64,000 nucleotides of DNA from an uncultured Acidobacteriota bacterium (GCA_963722765.1 CAVROO010000025.1:104378-168377), one strand, 5' to 3'; shown: positions 19,549 to 29,976, numbered from the stretch's first letter. Notes: generated by a model not told the origin, from the sequence alone. A program made the numbers and translations.

Positions 19549-22218
19549 ATGGCCACTGAACCGATTATGCCGTCCGACCTCGAGTCCCTCGAGACGCAAG
19601 AATGGCTCTACTCCCTGGAGTGGGTACTGCAACACGGTGGACCCGAGCGGGTCGTACGGCTGCTGGAGCAGCTCGATACCTACGCGCACCAATCGGGCGT
19701 GCAGGTTCCTTTTACGGCAAACACACCCTATATCAATTCGATCCCGTGGGAAGCGCAGCCGGTTTATCCGGGGAGCCGCGACATCGAGCGACGCGTCAAA
19801 AGTATCGTGCGCTGGAACGCTATGGCGATGGTGGTGCGGGCCAATCGTGAACTGGAGGGCATTGGGGGGCACATCTCCACCTACGCCTCGGCGGCAACGT
19901 TGTACGAGGTTGCCTTCAACCATTTCTTCCGAGCTCAAAACGAAGAGCAGGACGGTGACATCGTTTTCTTTCAAGGCCACGCCGCTCCCGGTATTTATGC
20001 TCGGGCCTTTCTTGAAGGACGCTTGAGCACCCAGCAGCTCGAGGACTTCCGCCGGGAGCTCAGCCCAAGCGGCGGACTGTCGTCTTACCCGCACCCTTGG
20101 CTCATGCCGCATTTCTGGCAGTTCCCGACGGTCTCGATGGGATTGGGACCCATCGTGGCTATTTATCAAGCCCGCTTCAACCGCTATCTGGAAGATCGGG
20201 GCTTGAAAAAGACGAGCGGGCGTAAGATCTGGGCGTTTCTCGGAGACGGAGAAACGGACGAGCCGGAATCGTTGGGGGCCATCACGCTCGCGGCCCGGGC
20301 TCGTCTGGACAACTTGATCTTCGTCATCAACTGCAACCTTCAACGACTCGACGGACCCGTACGCGGCAACGGGAAGATCATGCAGGAACTGGAAGCTGCG
20401 TTTCGCGGGGCGGGGTGGAACGTCATCAAAGTCATCTGGGGTGCCGATTGGGATCCTCTCCTGGCCAAGGATCACGATGGCCTGCTCGTCAAACGCATGA
20501 ACGAGGTCGTCGACGGCGAGTACCAGAAGTACTTCGTTGAATCGGGTGACTACATCCGCCGGCATTTTTTCGGTGCCGATCCCAAGCTGCTCGACATGGT
20601 CAAGCACATGTCCGATGAGCAGCTTCGCAAGATGCGGTGGGGCGGGCATGACCCGGAGAAGGTCTATGCGGCGTTCAAGGCCGCCATGGAGCACAAAGGG
20701 GCTCCCACCGTCATTCTCGCCAAGACGGTCAAAGGTTACGGACTCGGAGAGGCGGGTGAAGGCAAAAACATTACCCATCAACAGAAGAAGCTCAATGAAG
20801 ACGAGCTCAAGCACTTCCGAGCCCGCTTTGGCATCCCCATCTCCGATGACGAGCTCGCTGCTGCACCGTTTTATCGGCCCGCGGATGACAGCCCGGAGAT
20901 CCAGTATCTGCAAGAGAGACGGAAGGAGCTGGGCGGTTACGTCCCGGCGCGGAGTGTCAAATGCGATCCCTTGCCGGGACCGGACGAGTCTCACTTCGAA
21001 GAGTTTTACGAGGGCTCCGACCGGGATGCCTCGACCACCATGGTCGCCGTCCGGCTTCTGTCCAAGCTATTGCGGGACGAGAACATTGGAAAGCACATTG
21101 TTCCCATCGTGCCCGACGAGGCGCGGACCTTCGGTATGGAAGCGCTATTTCGACAGGTAGGTATTTACTCCCATGTCGGCCAGCTCTACGAGCCGGTGGA
21201 TCGGGACACGCTCCTTTACTACAAAGAAGCTCGGGACGGACAGATTCTCGAAGAAGGCATTACGGAGGCCGGCTCCCTTGCCTCATTCACTGCGGCGGGA
21301 ACCGCGCACGCGATCCACGGCATCCACATGATTCCTTTCTTCATCTTCTATTCGATGTTCGGGCTCCAGCGGGTGGGGGATCTCATCTGGGCGGCGGCCG
21401 ACAGTCGGACCAGGGGCTTCCTCATCGGTGCGACGTCGGGTCGTACAACACTTGCGGGGGAAGGTCTCCAGCACCAGGACGGCAACAGCCACATGCTCGC
21501 CTATCCGGTACCCAATCTCGTGACCTACGATCCCGCCTACGCGTACGAGCTCGCGGTGATCATCCGTGACGGTATCCGCCGTATGTACGAGCGCGGCGAG
21601 AGTATCTTTTACTACGTCACCGTCATGAACGAGAACTATGCCATGCCGGCGATGCCCAAAGGAGCCGAAGAGGGGATCCTCAAGGGTATTTACAGGCTCA
21701 GTGCCGCCGCAGACAAAAAAGCAAAGCTCAAGGCGCAGCTTTTGGGTAGTGGTGCAATTTTGAACGAGGCCGTCCAGGCACAGACTCTTCTCGAAAAATA
21801 CGGTGTGGCCGCCGACGTGTGGAGTGTCACGAGCTACAAAGAGCTCTACATGGACGGGCAGGCGGTGGAGCGTCGGAACATGCTGCACCCAACCAGCAAG
21901 CCCAAGGTTCCCTATCTGGCCGAGCAACTCGGTAAGGCCGCCGGGCCTATCATCGCGGCTTCCGACTACATCAAAGCCTTGCCGGAGTCGGTGAGTCGGT
22001 GGTGCCCGAGGCCGCTGGTTGCGCTGGGAACGGATGGATTCGGGCGGAGTGAAGGCCGTCGCCAGCTGCGGGATTTTTTCGAAGTCGATTCGCGGTTCAT
22101 TGCTTTGGCTGCGCTCAACGCCTTGGCTCGCGAGGGCAAGATCAAGCCACAAACGGTGGCGAAAGCGATAAAGGACCTCGAGATCGATCCCGAGAAAGCG
22201 GATCCGGCGAAAGCCTGA
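19549..22218 (+). CDS. aceE: pyruvate dehydrogenase E1 component (homodimeric type)
   Basis: ~889-aa ORF, ATG 19549 after AAGGAA. ..VRWNAMAMVVRANRE..GGHISTYASAATLYEVAFNHFFR.., GDGETDEPESLGAI, typical AceE length and motifs. Followed by E2 and E3. Confidence 0.95.
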   Translation: MATEPIMPSDLESLETQEWLYSLEWVLQHGGPERVVRLLEQLDTYAHQSGVQVPFTANTPYINSIPWEAQPVYPGSRDIERRVKSIVRWNAMAMVVRANRELEGIGGHISTYASAATLYEVAFNHFFRAQNEEQDGDIVFFQGHAAPGIYARAFLEGRLSTQQLEDFRRELSPSGGLSSYPHPWLMPHFWQFPTVSMGLGPIVAIYQARFNRYLEDRGLKKTSGRKIWAFLGDGETDEPESLGAITLAARARLDNLIFVINCNLQRLDGPVRGNGKIMQELEAAFRGAGWNVIKVIWGADWDPLLAKDHDGLLVKRMNEVVDGEYQKYFVESGDYIRRHFFGADPKLLDMVKHMSDEQLRKMRWGGHDPEKVYAAFKAAMEHKGAPTVILAKTVKGYGLGEAGEGKNITHQQKKLNEDELKHFRARFGIPISDDELAAAPFYRPADDSPEIQYLQERRKELGGYVPARSVKCDPLPGPDESHFEEFYEGSDRDASTTMVAVRLLSKLLRDENIGKHIVPIVPDEARTFGMEALFRQVGIYSHVGQLYEPVDRDTLLYYKEARDGQILEEGITEAGSLASFTAAGTAHAIHGIHMIPFFIFYSMFGLQRVGDLIWAAADSRTRGFLIGATSGRTTLAGEGLQHQDGNSHMLAYPVPNLVTYDPAYAYELAVIIRDGIRRMYERGESIFYYVTVMNENYAMPAMPKGAEEGILKGIYRLSAAADKKAKLKAQLLGSGAILNEAVQAQTLLEKYGVAADVWSVTSYKELYMDGQAVERRNMLHPTSKPKVPYLAEQLGKAAGPIIAASDYIKALPESVSRWCPRPLVALGTDGFGRSEGRRQLRDFFEVDSRFIALAALNALAREGKIKPQTVAKAIKDLEIDPEKADPAKA

Positions 22219-22231
22219 GGAGGGGAAGTTG

Positions 22232-23606
22232 ATGAGCAAAGAATTCAAGTTGCCGGAGCTCGGGGAAGGTGTCGAAGAGGGAGACATCTTGAGAGTCATG
22301 GTCAAGGCGGGAGACTCGGTCGACGCGGATCAAGCCGTTGTCGAGCTCGAGACCGACAAGGCGACGGTGGAGGTTCCCATCTCCTTTGGTGGGGTGGTTG
22401 AAAAGGTTCTCGTCCAAGAAGGCGACAAGGTTCAGGTCGGCCAGGTCATTCTGGTACTGGGCGAAGCCGCTGGTGCTTCGGCGAAAGCGCCGGTGCCGGT
22501 CGAAGCGGATACAAAAGGGGTCGAGTCTGAGGAAGAGGCCGAACCTGAGGAAGAGGCTGAGCCGGCGGCTCCCGGACCATCTCTCAAAGTTGTCGCTCGA
22601 TCCGAGCCTGCCGCTCCTTCCAGCCCACCACGGATTGCAGGTACGGGAGCGACTCCGGTCCTCGCACCCTCGAAAGTCGATTCGCGGCAGGTGGTGCCGG
22701 CCGCGCCCTCCGTGCGGCGCATCGCTCGCGAGCTCGGTGTCGACATCACGCGCGTCGCGGGGTCCGGCCCGGGTGGGCGAATCTTGATGGCAGATGTCAA
22801 GGAGCACGCCCGTCAGGTCGTATCGGCGGTGGAGGGTAAGGGTGCTCCCGCACCCGTCGCGGCCTTTCGGGTCGGGCAGGCGCCGCTTCCGGACTTCGAG
22901 AAATGGGGTCCGATTGAACGTCAGGCCATGAGCAATGTCCGTCGGAAGACCGCCGAGCACTTGAGTCAAGGCTGGACGGCTCCCCACGTGACCAACCACG
23001 ACCGTGCCGACATCACCGAGCTCGAAAAGCTGCGCAAGCACTACGGGAAAAAAGTGGAGTCTGCCGGCGGTAAGTTGACCATGACCGCCATCGCTCTCAA
23101 GATTGTCGCCTCGGCACTCAAGGTGTTTCCGCAGTTCAATGCCTCCATCGACATGGAGAGGCGGGAAGTCGTTCTCAAGAAGTTCATCCACATCGGAGTG
23201 GCGGTGGATACGGAGCGCGGACTGCTGGTTCCCGTCATTCGGGACGTTGGTCAAAAGAACATCGTTGAGCTCTCGGTCGAGCTGTCTCAGGCGGCCGAAC
23301 GGGCCCGCGATCGCAAGCTCGGCTTGGACGACATGCAGGGGGGATCCTTCACGATCACGAACTTGGGCGGCATCGGTGGGACGTCTTTTACTCCTATCGT
23401 CAACTGGCCCGAAGTTGCGATACTCGGACATCTCCCGTGGGCATAGGTCGCCCGTTTGGTTGGATGGACAGTTCGTGCCGCGCTTTATGCTTCCCCTGTC
23501 TCTCTCCTACGACCACCGTCTCATCGACGGCGCCGATGCGGCGCGGTTCCTTCGATGGTTGGCGGAAGCTTTCGAGAATCCGTTCTTGTTGTCCCTGGAA
23601 GGATGA
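22232..23606 (+). CDS. aceF: dihydrolipoamide acetyltransferase E2 (frame change ~23420 as assembled)
   Basis: Lipoyl domain ([12 protein letters not shown]), Ala/Pro linkers, E3-binding domain ([17 protein letters not shown]), catalytic domain. ORF 22229..23446 stops at ..AILGHLPWA* while frame of ORF 23103..23606 continues [41 protein letters not shown] (DHRxxDG active site). Confidence 0.85.
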
Positions 23607-25036
23607 AAATGGACGATCAAGAGAAGAACCAAGTTGCCGTTGTAGGCGGAGGTCCCGGCGGGTATGCCGCTGCCTTTTTAGCTGCCGATCTGGGAATGGG
23701 CGTCACGCTGATCGACGATGCTCCCAATCCGGGGGGAGTGTGTCTTTATCGAGGCTGCATCCCCTCCAAGGCTTTGCTCCACGTGGCCAAAGTCATCGAG
23801 GAGTCCCAGCAAGCGGCGGCCTGGGGTGTCGAGTTCTCGAAGCCGAAGATTCACCTCGGGAAGCTCCGTTCTTGGAAAGAAACTGTCGTCGCAAAGCTCA
23901 CCGGGGGGCTGGGACAGCTCTCCCGGCAGAGAAAGATTCGCTATATTCAAGGTCGCGCCGGTTTCGAAAACTCCCAGACGCTCCGTATCGAGACGACCTC
24001 GGGAGAGATAGAGACCCACGCGTTTGAGAACGTGATCCTCGCCACCGGCTCGCGACCGGCGGCGGTTCCCGGGCTCGATCTGGATAGCCCGCGTGTCGTG
24101 ACCTCGACCGGTGCGCTCGAGCTTGCCGACATTCCCAAGAACATGCTCGTCATCGGCGGCGGCTATATTGGCCTCGAGCTGGGCACGGTCTATGCGGCAT
24201 TAGGCACGCGAATTACAGTGGTGGAAATGATGCCGGGTCTTCTTCCCGGCGCCGACCGCGATCTCATCTCGGTTCTCGCTCGACGGCTGGACGGTGAGCT
24301 TCACTCCATTATGCTCAACACCCGGGTCACGGCGATGAAAGAGGTTGACAAGGGTATCGAAGTCCGATTCGAAGGCAAAGGAGTTGAGGAAAAAGCGCAG
24401 GTTTTCGAAAAGGTCCTCGTCGCCGTCGGCAGAAAACCGAACTCGAACGTGCCCGGGTTGGACAAGACCAAAGTCGTAGTGGGCGAACGGGGATTCATCC
24501 AGGTGAACGAGCAACTGCGCACCGATGATCCCGCTATTTTTGCCATCGGTGATTTGGTGGGCGAGCCCATGCTTGCCCACAAAGCGTCTCACGAGGGTCG
24601 GGTGGCAGCCGAGGTGATTGCCGGGCACAAAGTGGCTTTCGAACCGCGGGCGATACCCGCCGTCGTCTTCACCGACCCCGAGATCGCCTGGTGCGGTCTC
24701 ACCGAGACCGAGGCGAAGCAGAAGAAGCTCCCCGTCACGGTGTCGCGTTTCCCTTGGGGCGCCTCGGGCCGAGCGATCACGCTTGGCCGGGCCGATGGGC
24801 TCACCAAGCTTCTCATCGATCCTGATTCCGAGCGCATTCTGGGCGCGGGAATCGTTGGACCCGGCGCCGGAGAGCTCATCGCGGAGATGGTTTTGGCAAT
24901 CGAGATGGCGGCGGTGGCCTCGGACGTCAAGCTGACCATCCATCCTCACCCGACGCTTTCCGAGACGATGATGGAATCAGCAGAGGTTTTCTTTGGCCAA
25001 GCGACGCACGTTTACCGGCCGATAAAGAAAAAGTAA
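23603..25036 (+). CDS. lpdA: dihydrolipoyl dehydrogenase E3
   Basis: ATG 23603 overlaps E2 stop (ATGA). [15 protein letters not shown] motif, redox-active [14 protein letters not shown]-terminal HPHPTLSE dimerisation motif. Confidence 0.95.
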   Translation: MKMDDQEKNQVAVVGGGPGGYAAAFLAADLGMGVTLIDDAPNPGGVCLYRGCIPSKALLHVAKVIEESQQAAAWGVEFSKPKIHLGKLRSWKETVVAKLTGGLGQLSRQRKIRYIQGRAGFENSQTLRIETTSGEIETHAFENVILATGSRPAAVPGLDLDSPRVVTSTGALELADIPKNMLVIGGGYIGLELGTVYAALGTRITVVEMMPGLLPGADRDLISVLARRLDGELHSIMLNTRVTAMKEVDKGIEVRFEGKGVEEKAQVFEKVLVAVGRKPNSNVPGLDKTKVVVGERGFIQVNEQLRTDDPAIFAIGDLVGEPMLAHKASHEGRVAAEVIAGHKVAFEPRAIPAVVFTDPEIAWCGLTETEAKQKKLPVTVSRFPWGASGRAITLGRADGLTKLLIDPDSERILGAGIVGPGAGELIAEMVLAIEMAAVASDVKLTIHPHPTLSETMMESAEVFFGQATHVYRPIKKK

Positions 25037-25055
25037 GACCTCAAGAGGTAACGCA

Positions 25056-25099
25056 AAGGCGTCCGCCTTCATTGACACTCCGGCGAGACCTCGCCGGAG
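25056..25099 (+). terminator. two tandem hairpins downstream of lpdA (weak terminator candidate)
   Basis: aaggc-gtcc-gcctt (25056..25069) and ctccggcgag-ac-ctcgccggag (25078..25099). No clear T-run, so function uncertain. Confidence 0.35.
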
Positions 25100-25313
25100 C
25101 CCAAAGGGCGAAAGCGGGCCAATATACAAAGCGTAAGGGAACGCGGAAGAAAAGAAAAACTCAAAGACGAGGAGACCCAAAGGCGCAAAGTGCGACGGAA
25201 AGGGAAGAATCAACGCAGAGTGCGCAGAGACGCAGAGGCCACTCTTCTTGCTTTCCCAGCTCCTCGCGTGCTAATTTCAGACACCTATCGGCTATTCGTC
25301 TCGGAGGTTTCCA

Positions 25314-26506
25314 TTGGCGAGCTCGTTTCGAGTCGGAAGTTGGGTGGTCCACCCCCGGCTGGGCATCGTCTCGCGCTCTGGCGATGAAGCCAGCTCCTCC
25401 ATCGAAGAGATTCATCTCGAGCCCCGCGCCATGCAAGTGTTGGTCTACCTTGCCGAGCGTGCCGGGGAAGTCATTACAAAAGACGAAGTTTTCCACGAAA
25501 TCTGGGAAGAGGCCTTCGTCACCGATGAAGCCTTGACCAACTGCATCTCCAATCTTTGAAAAGCTCTCGACGACGACGCCAAGAATCCAAAGTACATTCA
25601 GACGATTCCCAAGAAGGGCTATCGACTGATTGCATCCGTCTTCTTCGCGGCGGGTCCCCGACGCAGCGAGCTGCGTAAAAACGATTATAAGATCAAGCTT
25701 CTTGCTGCCTTCACGGTCGTCGCTATTATCTCCATGATCGGGACCTATCTGTTGATGCGGTCGGGGAAGGAAGGCGATGAAGGGCCGGCTGTGCCGATGA
25801 GAGGCACGTTCGCTCAACTCACAACGGAAGTTGGTTGGGAGTTTTTCCCTTCCTTATCGCCTGACGGAAAGTTACTTGTTTACGCGGGCCGGGCCGCCGG
25901 CAACTGGGACATATACCTGCTCAGGGTCGGAGGTGAGAGAGCAATGAATCTCACAGAGGACGACTCGGCCGATGACACTCAGCCGGCTTTTTCTCCTGAT
26001 GGTGAGCGGATCGCCTTTCGTTCCGACCGCGAAGGCGGGGGTATCTTCCTGATGGGTGCGACGGGTGAGTCTGTAAGACGTCTGACGGACTTTGGCTACA
26101 ACCCAGCCTGGTCGCCTAACGGCAGAGAAATTGTATGCGCGACAGAAGGTATCGAGGATGACCCCTATTCCCGATTCACAACGAGTCAGCTCTGGGTGAT
26201 GAATACGGTCACCGGCGAGAAAAGGTCTGTCGTCACGGAGATGGATGCGGTGCAGCCCCACTGGTCCCCTAATGGTCACCGGATTGCCTTCTGGGGGGCG
26301 GATGGGCAAACAAAACAAAGGGACATCTGGACCCTACCGGCGGGCGGTGGCGAAGCAATCCCGGTCACTAACGACGCGAGGTCTTCTCAGTAGACTCAGG
26401 CGGACTTAACTTTCGTCTTTCCAAGGACAATCGAACCATTTTTTTCGTACATTGGAAGCAAGAAGCCGACATCTGGATGCTCATGCTAAACGAGGACCCC
26501 GAATAG
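25314..26506 (+). pseudogene. winged-helix (OmpR/CadC-type) DNA-binding domain + TM + TolB-like beta-propeller protein; in-frame TGA and one frame change
   Basis: wHTH: IHLEPRAMQVLVYLAERAGEVITKDEVFHEIW..ALTNCISNL*KALDDDAKNPKYIQTIPKKGYRL (TGA 25557..25559 where Arg is expected). TM segment, then repeats FSPDGKLLVY, FSPDGERIAF, WSPNGREIV, WSPNGHRIAF. After ~26380 the protein continues in another frame to ..SKDNRTIFFVHWKQEADIWMLMLNEDPE* (26506). Confidence 0.7.
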
Positions 26507-26567
26507 CCTTCCTTTACAATTCGTCGTTGGTTTTCAGGTCCGCTTGAATAGATATATTATTTAGATA

Positions 26568-26590
26568 CTTGATATTGATATCATATCAAG
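26568..26590 (+). promoter_or_regulatory. palindromic operator candidate upstream of the RHH antitoxin gene
   Basis: CTTGATAT-TGATATCA-TATCAAG, nested palindrome in an AT-rich stretch ~45 nt upstream of ATG 26635. RHH antitoxins typically autoregulate through such sites. Confidence 0.55.
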
Positions 26591-26634
26591 ATATCATGTT
26601 GCATTGGTTGGATACAACAGGAAGGAGCCAAAAA

Positions 26635-26871
26635 ATGGGTGCTGTTTCACTCAAGCTGCCCGACGAATTACTCGAGGCCAGTGGTCGTTGCGCTGCAGCC
26701 CTTCAAATACCGCGAGCCGAGTACATAAGACGCGCCATCGAAATAATGAACAAGGAGACGCAAAAGCATTTAAGAGCCCAGAGGTTGGCTGAGTCTTCCC
26801 GAAAAGTGCGCGAGGAAAGCATGAAGGTCAATGCCGAGTTCGCGGCCATCGAGCGAGATCCCGATGTTTAG
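26635..26871 (+). CDS. ribbon-helix-helix (CopG-like) antitoxin
   Basis: ATG 26635 after GGAAGGAG. MGAVSLKLPDELLEASGRCAAALQIPRAEYIRRAIEIM.. fits beta-strand + two helices of RHH. 8-nt overlap with the MazF-like gene. Confidence 0.75.
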   Translation: MGAVSLKLPDELLEASGRCAAALQIPRAEYIRRAIEIMNKETQKHLRAQRLAESSRKVREESMKVNAEFAAIERDPDV

Positions 26872-27208
26872 GAGGGGTGAGATTTGGCTGGCCGATCTCG
26901 ATCCGCCACGTGGCACTGAGCCCGGCAAAACCCGTCCTGTACTTATCATTCAATCTCAAACCCTCTTGGATGTCCAGCATCCATCGACGTTGATCGTCCC
27001 CTTGACTACGAACCTCGTGGAAGACGCCGAGCCGCTCCGTATACGTGTACCTGCTTTTGGACGTCTTCGTCATAAGTCGGACCTGCTAATCGACCAACTT
27101 CGCGCGATCGACAACAGGCAAATGGTCAAGGGACCTCTTGCTCATCTGGGACGTGATCTCATGGCGCGGGTTCGCGAAGCCCTCATGGAAACCCTCGATT
27201 TCATTTGA
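26864..27208 (+). CDS. mazF: MazF/PemK family type II toxin (endoribonuclease)
   Basis: MFRRGEIWLADLDPPRGTEPGKTRPVLIIQSQ..LIVPLTTNL..IDQLRAIDNRQM: canonical PemK/MazF N-terminal motif and length (114 aa). Confidence 0.85.
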   Translation: MFRRGEIWLADLDPPRGTEPGKTRPVLIIQSQTLLDVQHPSTLIVPLTTNLVEDAEPLRIRVPAFGRLRHKSDLLIDQLRAIDNRQMVKGPLAHLGRDLMARVREALMETLDFI

Positions 27209-27272
27209 GTTGAGCGGGAGCCTGCGGTATGAAACAGCGCGGGTGCGCGGCGGTGCAGAAGGGCAATTGGAA

Positions 27273-27292
27273 GTGCCGGAATCATCCGGCAC
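27273..27292. terminator. hairpin between convergent mazF and EBP genes
   Basis: gtgccgga-atca-tccggcac, 8-bp stem, followed on plus strand by acgatttaatctt. Sits between two converging stop codons. Confidence 0.45.
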
Positions 27293-27327
27293 ACGATTTA
27301 ATCTTATATCTCTGCGGCTCTGCGTTC

Positions 27328-28743
27328 CTAATTCTTCGAGGCCGCGGCACTCGAGCTCGAATTGTTCTGCTGGGCCTGCTTTCGGAAAGTTTCCGGTTGG
27401 ATTCCGTACTTTTTCATCACGTCGTAGAAATCCTTCCGGTCCTTCTTGGCAAGCCGTGCCGCCTGCGAGATGTTGCCCTGGCAGATGCGGAGCACCTGCG
27501 AAATGTACTCCTTCTCGAACTCCCGCTTCGCCTCCTTGAAGGACTGGAACTTGTTCGATGAAACGGGCACGTGGAAAAACAGGTCCTCGGCGGTGATGAC
27601 GTTGTTACGCGTCAGCACCATGGCTTGCTTGACTTTGTTTTTGAGCTCGCGGACGTTGCCCGGCCACTGATAGGTCATCATTTTTTGGATGGCCGCCGGT
27701 GAGAAACCCTCTACCTTCTTTCCCAGCTCCTTGTTGAAATCGTTGAGAAAGTGGTTGATAAGGAGCGGAATATCCTCCTTGCGCTCCCGCAGGGGAGGAA
27801 TGTGGATAGGGATAACGTTCAAGCGGTAGAAGAGATCCTCGCGGAACGATTTTTCGGCAATGGCCTGGATCAAATCCTTGTTCGTGGCGGCGATGACGCG
27901 CACATCCACTTTGATGGGTTTGGTGGAGCCGATGCGCTTGAACTCGCCGTCCTGGAGCACCCTTAGAAACTTGACCTGAAGCGGCAAGGGCAACTCGCCG
28001 ATCTCGTCCAGGAACAAGGTTCCACAGTGGGCTTCTTCGAAAAGTCCTTTCTGATCGGTCCGAGCGTCCGTATAAGCTCCCTTGACGTGTCCGAAGAGCT
28101 CGTTCTCGATGAGGTTCTCCGGGATAGCACCGCAATTCTCAACGATAAAGGGCTTGTCGGCTCGCTTGCCTGTGTAATGGATGGCCCTCGCGACGAGCTC
28201 TTTCCCGGTGCCCGATTCACCATAGATGATGACCGGTACATCGTTCTGAGCCACGATGGAGATTTGCGTCAGGAGCTCTTCGATTTTCGGGCAAGATCCG
28301 ACGATGAAGTCGGATTTGCGCCGGGTCATAATCCTCGAACGGACCTGCTTTACCTCGGTGGTGGTGCGGTGCTTGTCGAGGGCCCGTTTGACGCGGCCCA
28401 TGAGCTCTTCGACGTCGAAGGGCTTAGTGACGTAGTGGAATACGCCCTCCTGCATGAGCTGGACCGCATCATTCACCTCACCGTATGCGGTCATGACGAT
28501 GACGGGAATCTCGGGATTGAACTTGGCTACGGCCCGTGCCAGCTCGTCGCCCCGAAGTCGAGGCATCTTCAGATCCGTGATGACGAGATTGAAGACCTCC
28601 TGGCGAATCAGGTTGATCCCCTCTTCACCATTGGCGGCGGTCACGACACTGTAGCCTTCTCGCTCGAGACGGTGTCGCAGCATTCGGAGCATGCTGGCGT
28701 CGTCATCCACAATTAGCACTTGTGGCCCTGAGGGCTCCTTCAT
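27328..28743 (-). CDS. sigma-54-dependent response regulator (NtrC-family EBP: REC + AAA+ + Fis-type HTH)
   Basis: Likely start MKEPSGPQVLIVDDD (28743). REC with D in VITDLKMP, Walker A GESGTGKE, Walker B TLFLDEIGE, sigma-54 contact loop present as GAYTDA, WPGNVREL, C-terminal HTH GNISQAARLAKKDRKDFYDVMKKYGI. Confidence 0.9.
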   Translation of the reverse strand: MKEPSGPQVLIVDDDASMLRMLRHRLEREGYSVVTAANGEEGINLIRQEVFNLVITDLKMPRLRGDELARAVAKFNPEIPVIVMTAYGEVNDAVQLMQEGVFHYVTKPFDVEELMGRVKRALDKHRTTTEVKQVRSRIMTRRKSDFIVGSCPKIEELLTQISIVAQNDVPVIIYGESGTGKELVARAIHYTGKRADKPFIVENCGAIPENLIENELFGHVKGAYTDARTDQKGLFEEAHCGTLFLDEIGELPLPLQVKFLRVLQDGEFKRIGSTKPIKVDVRVIAATNKDLIQAIAEKSFREDLFYRLNVIPIHIPPLRERKEDIPLLINHFLNDFNKELGKKVEGFSPAAIQKMMTYQWPGNVRELKNKVKQAMVLTRNNVITAEDLFFHVPVSSNKFQSFKEAKREFEKEYISQVLRICQGNISQAARLAKKDRKDFYDVMKKYGIQPETFRKQAQQNNSSSSAAASKN

Positions 28744-28824
28744 TGCTACGGCTCCGTCGTTTTCTTTTTGGGTGTAGGGAAAATTATACACCGTTTTTTC
28801 TCCAATGGAAAGAAGGGTTTCGAC

Positions 28825-29976
28825 TCATGCTCGTCCCCTTGCCCCAATCCCGGTCCGCCAAAGTGAACGGTTCCACCGTGCGAGGGCGTGCCGACGCACC
28901 AGGTAGAGGCCTCGACGAAGGACGGAATTGCGATTAACTGCGCTTATGCCTCGTGGTTGGAGTGTTTCCGATATCAACTGATACGCATCCTTGAGGCTCG
29001 GCGTCCATGCAATACGGTTCCAAGGGGATCCGTTCACCGAATCCTCCGAGGCAGATATCAGCGACGAGATCTTCAGGTTCTTCACCCAACGTCGCAAACG
29101 ACCGGGGACCCGGGACTCGAGAGCTTCAAGAGCGCTTTGTACCTTGGCGTTGGGGAGGACCCGATGGCTGATGCCGAGTCCCGCAAAAACCAAAGGAGTG
29201 AGCCTTGGTTTCGAGGCCTGATCGAGGAAACGGTCCCAATCGAGCGCGGGAAGTTGTGCCAACAGATAGACGTCACAAGCATTGATGCCAGGTTGGCGAA
29301 GTCCGTGCTGGAAGCTTCCATGTAGACAAAGGTGGAGCAGGTGGTCCTCCGGCGAGAGCGTTCTCGCCGGTGGGGCGCCATGTCCGGTGCTCCGCGATCG
29401 CGTGAACATCGCCCCGGGATCGAGACCGAGATACCAGGGACAGCTGGTCAAGCTCGTGTGAATCTCGAGATGAGTTCCACTCTTCGAGTGTCGGAGTGAG
29501 ATGGCATGATCCGTAGTTTGGTAGAGCGTGTAGTCGAGTTTCTCCGCCAGCTTTATCGCTGCAGAGGTGTCTCGCTCGTGAATGAGGACATCCAGATCGG
29601 CCATCGGACGAAGCCCGGAACCTCCATAGAGCCAACCGACGAAAGCCGCGCCCTTTAGAAGAAGAACTGGAATGTTGGACCGATGGGCTGCCTCAATGAG
29701 CGATTCACAGTGATCGAGCAGAACGACGTTTCGCGCCAGATTCGTGTAATAGTCCGAATAGAGAGAGGACCAAACGCGTGTCGGCGGTAGCGATTCCAGT
29801 TTGGCACGCCGCGCCGACTCGTAAACGAGACCCGAGAAACGATGTTTCCGAGCGGTTCTCAATATGAAGTCCCAGTCGGCCGTTTCGAATTGGCTTCCAT
29901 CAAACCGTGGTCGGCACTTTTCGGTCAAGCCCGCTTCCACGAGCGAAAGGAGGGCCCGAATCGATGCTTCAGACAC
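28825..29976 (-). CDS. uncharacterised nucleotidyltransferase family protein (NTP_transf_5-like)
   Basis: 383-aa ORF. VLLLKGAAFVGWLYGGSGLRPMADLDVLIHERD..AIKLAEKLDY.. then HLEIH..HLLHLCLH matches the pattern I recall for PF14907 proteins. 8-nt overlap with the upstream peptidase gene. Confidence 0.65.
   Translation of the reverse strand: MSEASIRALLSLVEAGLTEKCRPRFDGSQFETADWDFILRTARKHRFSGLVYESARRAKLESLPPTRVWSSLYSDYYTNLARNVVLLDHCESLIEAAHRSNIPVLLLKGAAFVGWLYGGSGLRPMADLDVLIHERDTSAAIKLAEKLDYTLYQTTDHAISLRHSKSGTHLEIHTSLTSCPWYLGLDPGAMFTRSRSTGHGAPPARTLSPEDHLLHLCLHGSFQHGLRQPGINACDVYLLAQLPALDWDRFLDQASKPRLTPLVFAGLGISHRVLPNAKVQSALEALESRVPGRLRRWVKNLKISSLISASEDSVNGSPWNRIAWTPSLKDAYQLISETLQPRGISAVNRNSVLRRGLYLVRRHALARWNRSLWRTGIGARGRA

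Noticed and set aside
25557-25559. The in-frame TGA as selenocysteine or programmed recoding.
   Set aside because: The aligned position in winged-helix domains is Arg, not Cys/Sec. No SECIS-like hairpin follows directly, and the same gene has a separate frame change. A mutation or sequence error is simpler.
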